Of a stretch of 64,000 nt of DNA, positions 47,407 through 59,350 are shown one piece after another. Origin of the DNA: Octopus bimaculoides (lineage: Eukaryota); NCBI RefSeq assembly GCF_001194135.2, contig NC_068998.1, forward strand, positions 18,754,368 to 18,818,367, written 5' to 3'. The stretch's first letter is position 1. Each line of letters starts with the position of its first letter. Below the pieces are notes generated by a model that did not search any database, was not told where the DNA came from, and saw nothing but the letters and a program-made list of their open reading frames with translations. The position numbers and the translations under genes are program-made.

Positions 47407-47843
47407 TACGGTAGCAAACAGTTTCTACTTCCGCTTGTGACACTGGACTCCTTTGATTGGCTAAAAAATATATAACTTTAAAAGCTTCCATCTTGTTTAT
47501 TATTAATTTTTCGATAAAATGAGTGCGATATTCGTCATCAACATGCAAAACTACGTATGTGTGGAAAATTTGAAAACAATCCATTGAGAACTGAAAAATC
47601 TTCAAGTGGTTGGAAGAAAACGAAAAAGATCCATGTATTTTAAATATGGATAGATAGATAGATAGATAGAGAGAGAGGTGTGTGTGTGTTATTAAATGCT
47701 ACTTAACAAGCTATTCTTGATAATGAGTTTAAAGTTCACAGTTGTAAGCCATGGTATGAATATCTTTGTTGGCATGGTGAGTGAGGACGCACCAATCTAG
47801 CTTTATCAATATCTCCCCCTCTTTTTCCTATCTACTCTTCCCG

Positions 47844-47875
<32 letters not shown>

Positions 47876-48299
47876 ACAACATTTGTTATTTCCTTGTTCT
47901 TGCTATGTCACTGTTTAACTATTTACGTAACTGGTGGGTTTAGTAGTCGAACGAAGTGATCGGTCTTAGAAACTAAACAAACCTGCACAATTCATCTGAT
48001 GATGTATACACGAACCTCTTGATTACTCACTCTGCGCCAGTCTGTCAGCAAGCATTGTTTTAAATTGAGCACATCGCATATTTTGGCTACTTTCTCTGTT
48101 TTGTTAATAACAGAGAGAAAGAAAGAAGTATTAAGAAAATTACAATAAATACATCAGCTTTTAAGTATCCAACATCCGATGTAACAGAAATTTATATCCA
48201 TCACTAATATTTATATTGAACTAAGGAAGGAATAACTTTCCGTCTAAAATTATACGTTTCATCAAATAATATATTTATCGTTTTTTTTTTTTAACTGAA

Positions 48300-49394
48300 A
48301 TGTCTGAAAAGCCTAATGTTATTAGTCATAATAAAAGATTGACTGAGAATTTTCTAGATAAATACAGACGGCAGCCAGGGGAAACCCCGAAAGATGAAGT
48401 GGATGGTTCGAAAGACTGGTGCTACGACTGTTTCCTTCATTATGATAAAAACAAAGACAGATTTTTGGATTTGGATGAATTTACCGAGATGGTTAAGGAC
48501 ATTTTCCCTGAGTCGGACAGCTGTGCAGCTTCTATATCCAGTGAATTGCTAGAACTTTTAGATGAAGATGGAGATCATCTGTTGGGTAGGCAGGAAAATC
48601 GATGGAAAGTATGGCTAAGCCGAGTAATAAGACCAATTTCTGCTATTTTGATCATAGATGTCCAAAACGATTTTATCGACGGAACGTTATCATTAGAGAA
48701 ATGTCCTGCAGGTCAGGATGGAGCGGATGTCATCCCTGTAATTAACAAACTTATTAAGTCAGTAAAATTTGATTTGGTGGTATATTCATTGGACTGGCAT
48801 GATGACAAACATATATCTTTTATCGATAATTTACGTACAAGAACTTTACACTCCAGCTTTACTCGTTCTCCTGAAGAAATCCAGTTGTATGACAAAGTAA
48901 TATTTAGCATGCCAACAGCTCAGTCACAGGTACTTTGGCCACGGCATTGTGTCCGGGGAACTTGGGGTGCCCAATTACATCGAGAATTATATGTCGCGCC
49001 GGGTTCAGTGCAGGTATTTAAGGGCACTGACACCGACGTTGACAGCTACTCGGCTTTTTTCGACAACAATAGAGCTTCCCAAACACAGCTGTTTTCCATC
49101 TTGCAGAGCCACAGCGTGACCGACGTTTATGTCTGTGGAATTGCCTATGACGTGTGTGTTAAGTACACAGCCTTAGATGCCCTTCATTTGGGCTTTCAGA
49201 CCTGCCTAATTGACGATGCATCCAAAGGAGTTAAACTGGAAGATATTGAGAAAACTAAAACGGATTTAGTAGAGAAAGGTTGTTGTTTACTACAATCTCA
49301 ACAGATTTCCGAAAATTTATCGAAGGCATTCCAGAATACTGACCGCGGACTATGGATTGCTCGGGCACTTTCCAATGCGCCATGTGTATCGTAA
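48300..49394 (+). CDS. PNC1: Nicotinamidase/pyrazinamidase (isochorismatase-like superfamily) with N-terminal EF-hand pair; single coding exon
   Basis: 364-aa ORF. Motifs: IIDVQNDF (catalytic Asp), LDWH (metal Asp/His), HISF, WPRHCV, VFKG (catalytic Lys), DSYSAFFDN and GIAYDVCV (cis-peptide/catalytic Cys). EF-hand loops DKNKDRFLDLDE and DEDGDHLLGRQE. Architecture like insect Naam. Confidence 0.95.
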   Translation: MSEKPNVISHNKRLTENFLDKYRRQPGETPKDEVDGSKDWCYDCFLHYDKNKDRFLDLDEFTEMVKDIFPESDSCAASISSELLELLDEDGDHLLGRQENRWKVWLSRVIRPISAILIIDVQNDFIDGTLSLEKCPAGQDGADVIPVINKLIKSVKFDLVVYSLDWHDDKHISFIDNLRTRTLHSSFTRSPEEIQLYDKVIFSMPTAQSQVLWPRHCVRGTWGAQLHRELYVAPGSVQVFKGTDTDVDSYSAFFDNNRASQTQLFSILQSHSVTDVYVCGIAYDVCVKYTALDALHLGFQTCLIDDASKGVKLEDIEKTKTDLVEKGCCLLQSQQISENLSKAFQNTDRGLWIARALSNAPCVS

Positions 49395-49989
49395 CGATAT
49401 TGCTGGTGAGACTCATTTCAAATTCTCATTTTATCACTTTCACTCTTTATATTCTTCCTTCCTTCTTTCTCTTTCACACATCTGTTTCTCTCTTTATTAA
49501 AATATTCATGTAAGTTTGTCTGTAAAGTTTTCATTCGACTGTTTACAGTTTTGTCGACGGATATTTTAGTACTTGGACTTATTGATTGTTTAGTTCCCCG
49601 GTCAATCATGATTGAGCATGATATTTCAATCGTGACAATCCCGTCTTTTAAATCTACGTTATCTGATGTTGTCTTTCTTTATTTAAGACTAAAAAAAGAT
49701 ATGACTTTAGCCGTTATTTCAAGTAGATGGAACAACCACATGAAAAAGATCCCTTGTCGACTTGTACATGTTTGTGTGTGTGTGTGTGTGTGTGTTGTAT
49801 GTGCGAGTGTGCTCGTTAAGCTTTCAATATGCATTTTTATAACTAAGTTGTGATACTATAATGGTTTGCTACACGTTTACACACGCATGCATGCCCCCCC
49901 CCCCAGTATTGCAGTTAGGTGAGTAATACGCTTCATGCTATTCACGCACCTAGTAACATTAACTATCATCATCGGTGTCGTCGTAATCG

Positions 49990-50142
49990 TCTTCCTCCTT
50001 TTCATCTTCATTCTCCCCTCCTCCTCCTCCTCATCATCATCATCATCACAACCCATATCACTTTCAACACTGCTCACAACCAGTAATCATCATTGCTCAC
50101 CACGACGACCACCACCACCAGCATCATCATCATCATAATCAT

Positions 50143-50174
<32 letters not shown>

Positions 50175-51120
50175 CGCACCTCACAACCACTACTGCACTC
50201 TTGTTACCAACATTTACTATAACAACAAACAACGGTGGAGACGGAGTATATGTAATCTGGGTATACCCCCCATTTTAAATTTTGTTTTTTTTACGGAATC
50301 CTATGTTTCAGACCATGGAGAATCCGATTCTGGAAAATTTTTTTTCAAAAATNNNNNNNNNNNNNNNNNNNNNNNNNNNNNNNNNNNNNNNNNNNNNNNN
50401 NNNNNNNNNNNNNNNNNNNNNNNNNNNNNNNNNNNNNNNNNNNNNNNNNNNNNNNNNNNNNNNNNNNNNNNNNNNNNNNNNNNNNNNNNNNNNNNNNNNN
50501 NNNNNNNNNNNNNNNNNNNNNNNNNNNNNNNNNNNNNNNNNNNNNNNNNNNNNNNNNNNNNNNNNNNNNNNNNNNNNNNNNNNNNNNNNNNNNNNNNNNN
50601 NNNNNNNNNNNNNNNNNNNNNNNNNNNNNNNNNNNNNNNNNNNNNNNNNNNNNNNNNNNNNNNNNNNNNNNNNTGGGATTCCGTAAAAAAAATTAATTAA
50701 TAAGGGGGGGGGAAAGGTTCAGATTACATATAGTCCATCTCTACCCAAACAACCACTACAGCATCAGTTTCACCGTTCTCATCCCCACCCCCTCCTCACC
50801 ACGCCTACCACTACCGACGCCACCGCTTTCCCACCACCACGTCCCTAGCCACGACACTCGACTTACAACCATCTTTGCAATTACTATAACCACTGTAACC
50901 TGTTAGAAACAATAACAATGTATAACCACCCTACTACTACCGCCACAACTATTTCAATCGCTGACACACCGTTTATAATACTCCTGTATCCATTCAAACT
51001 ACTACTACCACCACCACCACCACTGCAACCACCACACTCATTACTACCACCAATACCATCATTACCCTCCTCCGCCGTAACTACTCTCGTTATCTTCAGT
51101 TCTAACAGCAACAGATAAAC
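49990..51120. repeat. Low-complexity (CAT)n/(CAC)n/(CTA)n region
   Basis: Trinucleotide-rich tracts either side of the 50352-50673 gap. Confidence 0.8.
50238..50741. mobile_element. Probable MITE with ~60-bp terminal inverted repeats spanning a gap
   Basis: GAGACGGAGTATATGTAATCTG..TTTTTTACGGAATCC vs GGGATTCCGTAAAAAAA..CAGATTACATATAGTCCATCTC. Confidence 0.6.
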
Positions 51121-51208
51121 ATCAACATATATTAAAAAGTCATTGCTTCCAAGTTATTAATACTCACGTTAATATTAATTCATGAAAAATCTATATTTCT
51201 CTTCATTT

Positions 51209-51605
51209 GTTCCGACATCTGGCAGATTATGATGAGGTCTCGATAATACGCGAGGGTTCCAGTCGATCCGATCAACGGAACAGCATGCTCGTGAAATTAA
51301 CGTGCAAGTAGCTGAGCACTCCACATACACTTGTACCCTTAACGTAGTTCTCGGGGAGATCCAGCGTGACACAGTGTGACAAGGCTGACCCTTTGAATTA
51401 CAGGCACAACAGAAACAGGAAGTAAGAGTGAGAGAAAGTTGTGGTGAAAGAGTACAGCAGGGTTCGCCACCATCCCCTGCCGGAGCCTCGTGGAGCTTTA
51501 GGTGTTTTCGCTCAATAAACACTAACAACGCCCGGTCTGGGAATCGAAACCGTGATCCTATGACCGCGAGTCCGCTGCCCTAACCACTGGGCCATTGCGC
51601 CTCCA
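51209..51605 (-). mobile_element. tRNA-derived SINE, family A
   Basis: Reverse complement of the family A body, with intact CpGs. Confidence 0.85.
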
Positions 51606-51894
51606 CGCTAAAGATTATACTCACTTCTCTTCCGCATTCTGTGTTTAATTAATTCTAATTTATGTCCCGAGTTGTTTCCCCTACCTTTCCCGATCCGAAT
51701 TACTCATTTAGGGTAAGTTTTTTTCCTCATTTCCCGAGGGTGTAATTTTAACCAATTAAAATCTGTCAGCTTATTTCACCAAGTATGTTAAATCAACTCT
51801 AATATGAAAAAAACATTGTTTATCGTAAATAGTGCTTATGCTCACTTTAATAAATATAAAGTTATTTAACAAAGAGAGCTGTCACTAAGTCGGC

Positions 51895-52195
51895 TTCAGT
51901 GGCTTATTCATCCAGCCTTATTCTCCGCCCATTATGCCAGGGGGAGTCGTGGGGTTAGAGTCCTTAGGCACCTCCTCCATAGGGTTCGATCAGAAGCAAC
52001 CGTTATCACACTTTCCTGCTGGATTCTCAAGCGCGACCACCTGAGACTATGAATATTATCCAACCATGTCATTCTTCGTTTACTCCTTCGTCTCCTGGCG
52101 GTTAGCTCTGCTTGAAGAATCCGTCTTGCGACGTTCTAATCACATCTCCATAGCAGCAGAGCTATGCGGAGAAGTTGGGGCTTCACTTAGGAACT
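51895..52195 (-). mobile_element. Possible decayed LINE 3' fragment
   Basis: Minus-strand fragment RRRSKRRMTWLDNI resembles the RTE C-terminal RRGRP..TW.D motif. Confidence 0.4.
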
Positions 52196-52239
52196 GAGAG
52201 AAGAGAGAGAGAGAGAGAGAGTTTAATTACTAAGAAGTA

Positions 52240-52465
52240 ACCAAACTTGGTATCAAATTTTGGCACAAGGCTCGTAAGTTCGGGGGAGGGGATAACTCGA
52301 TTACATTGACCCCAGTGCTCAACTGGTACTTATTTAATCGACCCCGAAAGAACGGAAGGCAAAGTCGACCTCGGTGGAATTTGAACTCAAAACGTAAAGA
52401 CAAACAAATTGCCGTTAAGCATTTTGCCCGGCGTGCTAACGATTCTGCCAGTTCGCCGTCCTCAG
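52240..52465 (-). mobile_element. SINE family C
   Basis: Reverse complement of the 33728 head/body. Decayed copies at ~2995-3210, 9755-9905(-), 34590-34760(-), 44815-44990 and 60040-60200. Confidence 0.78.
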
Positions 52466-52970
52466 AAGTAACCAAATTTCAAATAAATAAATAAATAGAT
52501 AAATAAATAAATAGATAAATAAAAGCAAAAATATTGATTATTGACATTAATCACAAAATTCGGATAACTTCTTTCTAATTCTCTTCAGAAGACATTTTTT
52601 CCTTCAGCAAAGAAATTCTTTTGTTTAGTATATACTAATATCGGATTTTGTTTATTGTTGTTGTTTAGCCCAAGGTCGGGTCTCATCGAGCACTCAATAT
52701 CAAAGACGTTCCAGCCGTGACTATCTAGATCACATTCTCTTTCAAAAGATGATATATATATAGGGTACGATTTTGAGGTTGCTAGATTGGCGTATAAACA
52801 GAACGTTCTTTAAACTAGGGCAACTTGCTACATTAAAATAATTTTTAAAGATAAGAGTTTTATTGAATTTCCTACTAAATTATTCATTTCCTTATTCCTA
52901 CTAAATTATTAATAAGAAAACAATTTATAGGCATTCATATGTATGTATGTATGTATGTATGTATGTTATT

Positions 52971-53338
52971 CTGTTACTTGTTTCAGTCATTTGACTGCGG
53001 CCATGCTGGAGCACTGCCTTTAGCCGAACAATTCGAGCCCAGGACTTATTCTTTGTCAGCCTAGTACTTATACTATCGGTATCTGTTGCCGAACTGATAA
53101 ATTACGGGAACGTAAACACACCAACATCGGTTGTGAAGCAATGGTGGTGGGATAAACACAGACACACATACATGTACGACGGGCTTCTTTCAGTTTCCGT
53201 CTACTGAATCCACTCACAAGGCTTTGGTCGGCCCGAGGCTATAGTAAAAAAAAAAACACTTGCCCAAGGTACCACACAGTGGGACCGAACCTGAAACCAT
53301 GTGGCTGGTTAGCAAGCTACTTACCACACAGCCACTCC
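52971..53338 (-). mobile_element. Family B SINE, full length, 9-bp TSD
   Basis: Reverse complement of the 13332-13742 type; TATGTTATT at 52962-52970 and 53339-53347. Confidence 0.82.
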
Positions 53339-53510
53339 TATGTTATTATTTCAAGATTTCTTGCCAATAGAGAAAGAGCCGGTTTCTAACCTAGATCCAA
53401 GGCGCCTTCATTGTATGCATGCATGCATGCATGTATGTATGTAGGTAGGTAGGTAGGTAGGTAGGTATGTATGTATGTATGTATGTATGTATGTATGTAT
53501 GTATGTATGT

Positions 53511-54806
53511 CATTATTCAGTTTTGCTTCAAGATTTCTTGTCAATAAAGAGCCGGTTTCTAACCAAGATCCAAGGCTCCTTTATTGAAATTTCAACATCA
53601 ACATGATATTTTTGCATGTATGTATGTATGTATGTATACGTGCAGATTCGCATATTTTGTTTTATGTATATAGTTGTATATATAGTATATAGTCTCATGC
53701 ATATAGTTGCATATCTAGACACATACTTAAATCATAAACTTCTGGAAAAAGTTTTACAGATTTTTACAGTTCCGGTGATGGATTGGATCTGTAGTCTTCG
53801 AATCAGCTTTCTCCTTTTTGGTTTTGAGAAGCCTAATTTCTCAAGATTGGTATTTAGGCAGTGTGTTACATATCCAAGTNNNNNNNNNNNNNNNNNNNNN
53901 NNNNNNNNNNNNNNNNNNNNNNNNNNNNNNNNNNNNNNNNNNNNNNNNNNNNNNNNNNNNNNNNNNNNNNNNNNNNNNNNNNNNNNNNNNNNNNNNNNNN
54001 NNNNNNNNNNNNNNNNNNNNNNNNNNNAAAAGTTTTACAGATTTTTACAGTTCCGGTGATGGATTGGATCTGTAGTCTTCGAATCAGCTTTCTCCTTTTT
54101 GGTTTTGAGAAGCCTAATTTCTCAAGATTGGTATTTAGGCAGTGTGTTACATATCCAAGTGCCCCCAATAATTACAGGTACAAAACCTGAACATGTAATC
54201 TAGATAGAGTAACTGCAGATTTCTCAATACTTCTGCGAAAGTATTCTCTTTTTCACTGATCTTCAGCTTTATGTTAATATCCGCTGGGCAGTTAATTTCT
54301 ACAACTGTACAGTTTATTTTCTCTATCCCAAATCAATATATCAAGTCTGTTATGCTTACATTTTATTGAGGTTTTCACTGGGACATTCCACCAGTACTCC
54401 TTTTTGAGTGCTATGGCTTTTACCATACTGTGAGTTCTTATTTCTTTGTCCTCGGGTTTATCCTTCCGACGGATTTCATTATATAGCATTCTAGCTACAC
54501 CATATCTCATTGGTAGATTATACCGTGATATGGGTGATATCTTTCATAAAGTCTGCATCGGTTGTCACATTTTACTGCTTTTTCTGCATCTCTATCTCTT
54601 TTATGCATCAGGTATTTGGTTGATATTTCCTGTACCTGGATTGCAAACGCATACCCTTCAAAGTGGGAGGTAGTAATCCGGTTATTGGTCCACGATAAAC
54701 TGCTATAATGATCAATCTTACTATCATCTCGGAGCTTTCTACTAACATATCCATGCATAGTCTTCTGCTCATATATGCTAATCTTTCCATCTCATCATAC
54801 GCTGCG
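53511..54806 (-). mobile_element. RLE-type non-LTR retrotransposon, 5'-truncated, second family
   Basis: Minus-strand fragments TSHFEGYAFAIQ.QEISTKYL, CDNRCRL (zinc knuckle), HNRLDILIWD (RLE) and MGALG...LQIQSITGTVKICKTF; 3' UTR ends at a (CATA)n array. Confidence 0.85.
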
Positions 54807-54835
54807 GTATGTATGTATGTATGTATGTATGTATG

Positions 54836-55074
54836 TTATCAATCAGTTTCATTTCTGTATTTCTTGTCAATAAAGAGCCGGACTCTAACATAGATTCAAG
54901 GCTCCTTCATTGGAACTTTTATCAACATCATCTAGGTATTTGTGCATATGTGTGTGTGTGTGTGCAGTATTTGGTGTTAGTGTATGCGCAGATTTGTATG
55001 TTTGTTTTATGGATGCGTTTTTATGTCTAGATGCATGCATATGTATTTATGTGCTAAATTTTTGGAAAGTTTTT
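54836..55074 (-). mobile_element. 3'-UTR-only copy of the same RLE family
   Basis: Colinear similarity to 53511-53745 (ATTTCTTGTCAATAAAGAGCCGG...AAGGCTCC; AAAGTTTT ORF end); bounded by (TATG)n on both sides. Confidence 0.75.
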
Positions 55075-56072
55075 GTATGTATGTATGTATGTATGTATGT
55101 TCTTTTCTGTTTTTAATTATTTAACTTCTTCTCTGAGGAAGGAGCTGGTATCTAACAAAGATACACAGCGCCATCGTTGGAATGTAGATAACGGAAACAA
55201 TGTCACATTTTAAGCCTGAGAAAAGTCTTGCATAGTTTTACTTTTCCATTTACAGATTATATTTGTAATGTGCGGGTCAGTTGGTTGATTTCTTTTCCTA
55301 AAAATCCAAGCTTATATTATATATATANNNNNNNNNNNNNNNNNNNNNNNNNNNNNNNNNNNNNNNNNNNNNNNNNNNNNNNNNNNNNNNNNNNNNNNNN
55401 NNNNNNNNNNNNNNNNNNNNNNNNNNNNNNNNNNNNNNNNNNNNNNNNNNNNNNNNNNNNNNNNNNNNNNNNNNNNNNNNNNNNNNNNNNNNNNNNNNNN
55501 NNNNNNNNNNNNNNNNNNNNNNNNNNNNNNNNNNNNNNNNNNNNNNNNNNNNNNNNNNNNNNNNNNNNNNNNNNNNNNNNNNNNNNNNNNNNNNNNNNNN
55601 NNNNNNNNNNNNNNNNNNNNNNNNNNNNNNNNNNNNNNNNNNNNNNNNNNNNNNNNNNNNNNNNNNNNNNNNNNNNNNNNNNNNNNNNNNNNNNNNNNNN
55701 NNNNNNNNNNNNNNNNNNNNNNNNNNNNNNNNNNNNNNNNNNNNNNNNNNNNNNNNNNNNNNNNNNNNNNNNNNNNNNNNNNNNNNNNNNNNNNNNNNNN
55801 NNNNNNNNNNNNNNNNNNNNNNNNNNNNNNNNNNNNNNNNNNNNNNNNNNNNNNNNNNNNNNNNNNNNNNNNNNNNNNNNNNNNNNNNNNNNNNNNNNNN
55901 NNNNNNNNNNNNNNNNNNNNNNNNNNNNNNNNNNNNNNNNNNNNNNNNNNNNNNNNNNNNNNNNNNNNNNNNNNNNNNNNNNNNNNNNNNNNNNNNNNNN
56001 NNNNNNNNNNNNNNNNNNNNNNNNNNNNNNNNNNNNNNNNNNNNNNNNNNNNNNNNNNNNNNNNNNNNNNNN

Positions 56073-56116
<44 letters not shown>

Positions 56117-56555
56117 CATGTATGGATGTACGTGTGTGTGTGTGTGTGTGAGCATGAGCATATATATATATATTATAGTGGAGCTATGTCCATGACAGAT
56201 CACAACGGTTTGACACCTTACGAAATAGATGAAAACTGAATAATAGCAGTTTTTGTGTGTTTAAAGATGACCAAAATGGCTCTTCCACGATTTTATTGTT
56301 TCGGCCTCAACACGCTTTTAGATTAAGTCACCTTGCAAAAAATTACTGGCAAAGTTTTGAATAGTTGACACAATCCGTTACTCTTTTGTAAATAAAAATT
56401 TTGCTCTACTCTTTATAAATATCAGCTGGCTAGCAACGCTGATTTCTAAGAAATTTGACTGGTATTTTCAAGCCGGTTAGACGTTTATTTAGAGTAGCGT
56501 TTCTCACACTGACAAATACCAATCCCACACACGAAAAAAGTATTATTGAAACTTT

Positions 56556-57279
56556 GGCATATCTACGCAATTGTGCCCTTTCGACTTTGTTTTCTCATAA
56601 CTTCCACAAAAACGGGTATTTTTTAATGAAATTTTCTACAAATACGCTTCAGATGGTGTAGATTACGATTATATCGGAATTTGTGTTAAAAAAAAAAAAA
56701 ATCCTGAGTGTGGGTTGAGAAGTTTCGGAAAATTCACACGAATTGACTTTGTTTCATCAAAACTTTCAGAAAATGGATAATTTTTAATGAAATTTTCTAC
56801 AAATAATTTTCAAAGTATGTAGATTACTGTTATATCGGAATTTAATAAGAAAGAGAGAACTGGTGAACTCGTACACATACATACTGACACACATCACGCA
56901 TATCTTCAAAATGCAACTTGGAATTCCTAAAAAATATCGTGATGCGTGTCAGTATGTCTGTGTACAAGTCCACCAATTTTGTTTTTCATATTAATTTTCG
57001 ATACAGTTGTTATTTACACACACCGAAAGGTATTTGTAGGAAATTTCACTAAAAGATACCCATTTTTCTGAAAGATATGAGAAAACAAACCAGACTTTTG
57101 CGAATTTTCCGAAAATCCCCATCCTACCCTCAGAAAAAATTTCTTTCTCATTAAATTGCGATATCATCGTAATCTGCACCATCTGAAGCGTATTTGTAGA
57201 AAATTTCATTAAAAGATATCCATTTCTCTGGAAGTTATGAGAAAACAAATTAAGTGGGGCATGTTTGTGTAAGTATGCC
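56556..57279. mobile_element. ~720-bp foldback/MITE-like palindrome
   Basis: GGCATA...TATGCC termini; internal subrepeats mirrored; core inverted repeat 56861-56905 vs 56933-56975. Confidence 0.72.
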
Positions 57280-58047
57280 TAAACGTTTTTAACCCTGCCC
57301 CATTTCCCACTCATTTCTATATTAATAAGAAGACAGAGTAAAATTGGCGTCTATATCATACTTATTGGTCCGCTATTGCGTTAGTACAAAATTAAAAGTT
57401 TTAAAACGAGATATACTGTTTAGAAGTACTTTTGTTGACTCCTGTTTTTATTTGCTGTCATGTTGGTTTCTTTTTCTATTTGCGCATGTGCGTATGTAAA
57501 TGTGTGTGTGTGTGTGTGTGTACGCGCGCATGTCTATATGTGTGTATGTTTGTGTATATCTGTGTGTGTACGAACGAAACGACATTTGAGCGGTTTTCAC
57601 AGACGATAAGCTATTAGTCTAGAGTCTAGACAATACGTCTATTAGTCTAAATTTATCGACATTCCACAGCTGAATCAAATACTTAATATTTTAAAACCGG
57701 ACAGCCCAAACATTATCAGTGAAATAAAGAAACTGTGCAGAAGCCTGTCTGATGGCTGGATTGATACAAAATGAATCGATGTTTCCCTCGCTCCTCTATC
57801 AGACAAATGTCACGGACAATGCTTCTTCTTCCCTTAGTCATTGGCAGCTGGGACACCGCCTTGAAAGATTTAGTGGAACAAATCAACCCAGTACTGTGCT
57901 GTGTTGTTCTGAGTTAAGGCTCCTTCTCGTCGTGCCGTGTCAATGCTCCTTAATTCGGCACAGCACGACGGGAAGAACAATCGGTAAGTTTTAAGTGGGT
58001 ATGACGAGAAGGAGATTGAATTCCTATATATATGCTGAGATTGAATT

Positions 58048-58112
<65 letters not shown>

Positions 58113-58475
58113 NNNNNNNNNNNNNNNNNNNNNNNNNNNNNNNNNNNNNNNNNNNNNNNNNNNNNNNNNNNNNNNNNNNNNNNNNNNNNNNNNNNNNNNN
58201 NNNNNNNNNNNNNNNNNNNNNNNNNNNNNNNNNNNNNNNNNNNNNNNNNNNNNNNNNNNNNNNNNNNNNNNNNNNNNNNNNNNNNNNNNNNNNNNNNNNN
58301 NNNNNNNNNNNNNNNNNNNNNNNNNNNNNNNNNNNNNNNNNNNNNNNNNNNNNNNNNNNNNNNNNNNNNNNNNNNNNNNNNNNNNNNNNNNNNNNNNNNN
58401 NNNNNNNNNNNNNNNNNNNNNNNNNNNNNNNNNNNNNNNNNNNNNNNNNNNNNNNNNNNNNNNNNNNNNNNNNNN

Positions 58476-58522
<47 letters not shown>

Positions 58523-59039
58523 AATATGAGGGGTTAGGTTCCAAGATCACAGCTGAAGCTGGACCTAGGGATCCGTAGTAGGCTTCCTAGTCAGCTGGTA
58601 TATACTGCGAATTCTCTGTCTGGAACTTTCCTGCATACACACCTTGTCTCTGATTACGGGATACCTAGTGTACGAGTGTGTTCACCCATTACGCTGGACA
58701 TCCCAGAAGCTACTGCAAGACATTAATTACGTCTACTTCTCCTTTTTTTGATTCATTTTACTCTAATTAAATATTCTAGGTGACCTGAGATGCTCGTCCT
58801 GCCTTGGTTTTGTCTTCCTTTTCATTTAATATGTATGTATGTATGTATGTACTTTTATTAAAGCTGCAAAATTTTCACAAAACTTTTACTCAGCGTGTTT
58901 CATCCACAACTATCCGACGAACGGGAACATGAATTCTAAGTAACAGTTTCGGGAAAATTCTACAGCTTTAATAAAAGCATATTGTGAGTGGATTTTGGTA
59001 GACGGAATCTGAAGCCCGTCATAAAAGAAGACGAAACGA

Positions 59040-59350
59040 ATACTATTCTTTTAGTCATTTGACTACGGCCAGGACATATTCTTTGTAAGCTTAGTACTTA
59101 TTCTATCGGTCTCTGTTACCGAATCGCTACGTTACGGGGACGTAAAGACACCAACATCGGTTGTGAAGCGATGGTGATGGGACAAACACACACATATATG
59201 GTGGGCTTCAGATTCCGTCTACCAAATCCACTCACAAGGCTTTGGTCGGCCCGCGGCTATAGTAGAAGACACTTGCCCAAAGTGCCACGCAGCGGGACTG
59301 AACCCAGAACCATGTGGTTGGTAAGTAAGCTACTCACCACGCAGCCACTG
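59040..59350 (-). mobile_element. Family B SINE
   Basis: Tail 1 and head in reverse orientation; a similar decayed copy lies at ~35935-36290. Confidence 0.78.

Noticed and set aside
47990-48025. Hammerhead-like CTGATGA..CGAA
   Set aside because: GAAC instead of GAAA, no workable stem II loop, and no stem I/III.
48300-49394. Bacterial horizontal transfer or contamination as the origin of the intronless nicotinamidase
   Set aside because: The N-terminal EF-hand architecture is the animal type, and the flanks carry host microsatellites and SINEs; no operon context.
53740-54160. Apparent ~140-bp tandem duplication around the 53880-54027 gap
   Set aside because: Identical sequence on both sides of an N run is typical of unmerged contig overlap, so it is likely an assembly artefact.
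53341-55200. Repeat-spacer pattern superficially like a CRISPR array
   Set aside because: Eukaryotic context, units of unequal length that are retroelement 3' ends, microsatellite spacers, and no cas genes.
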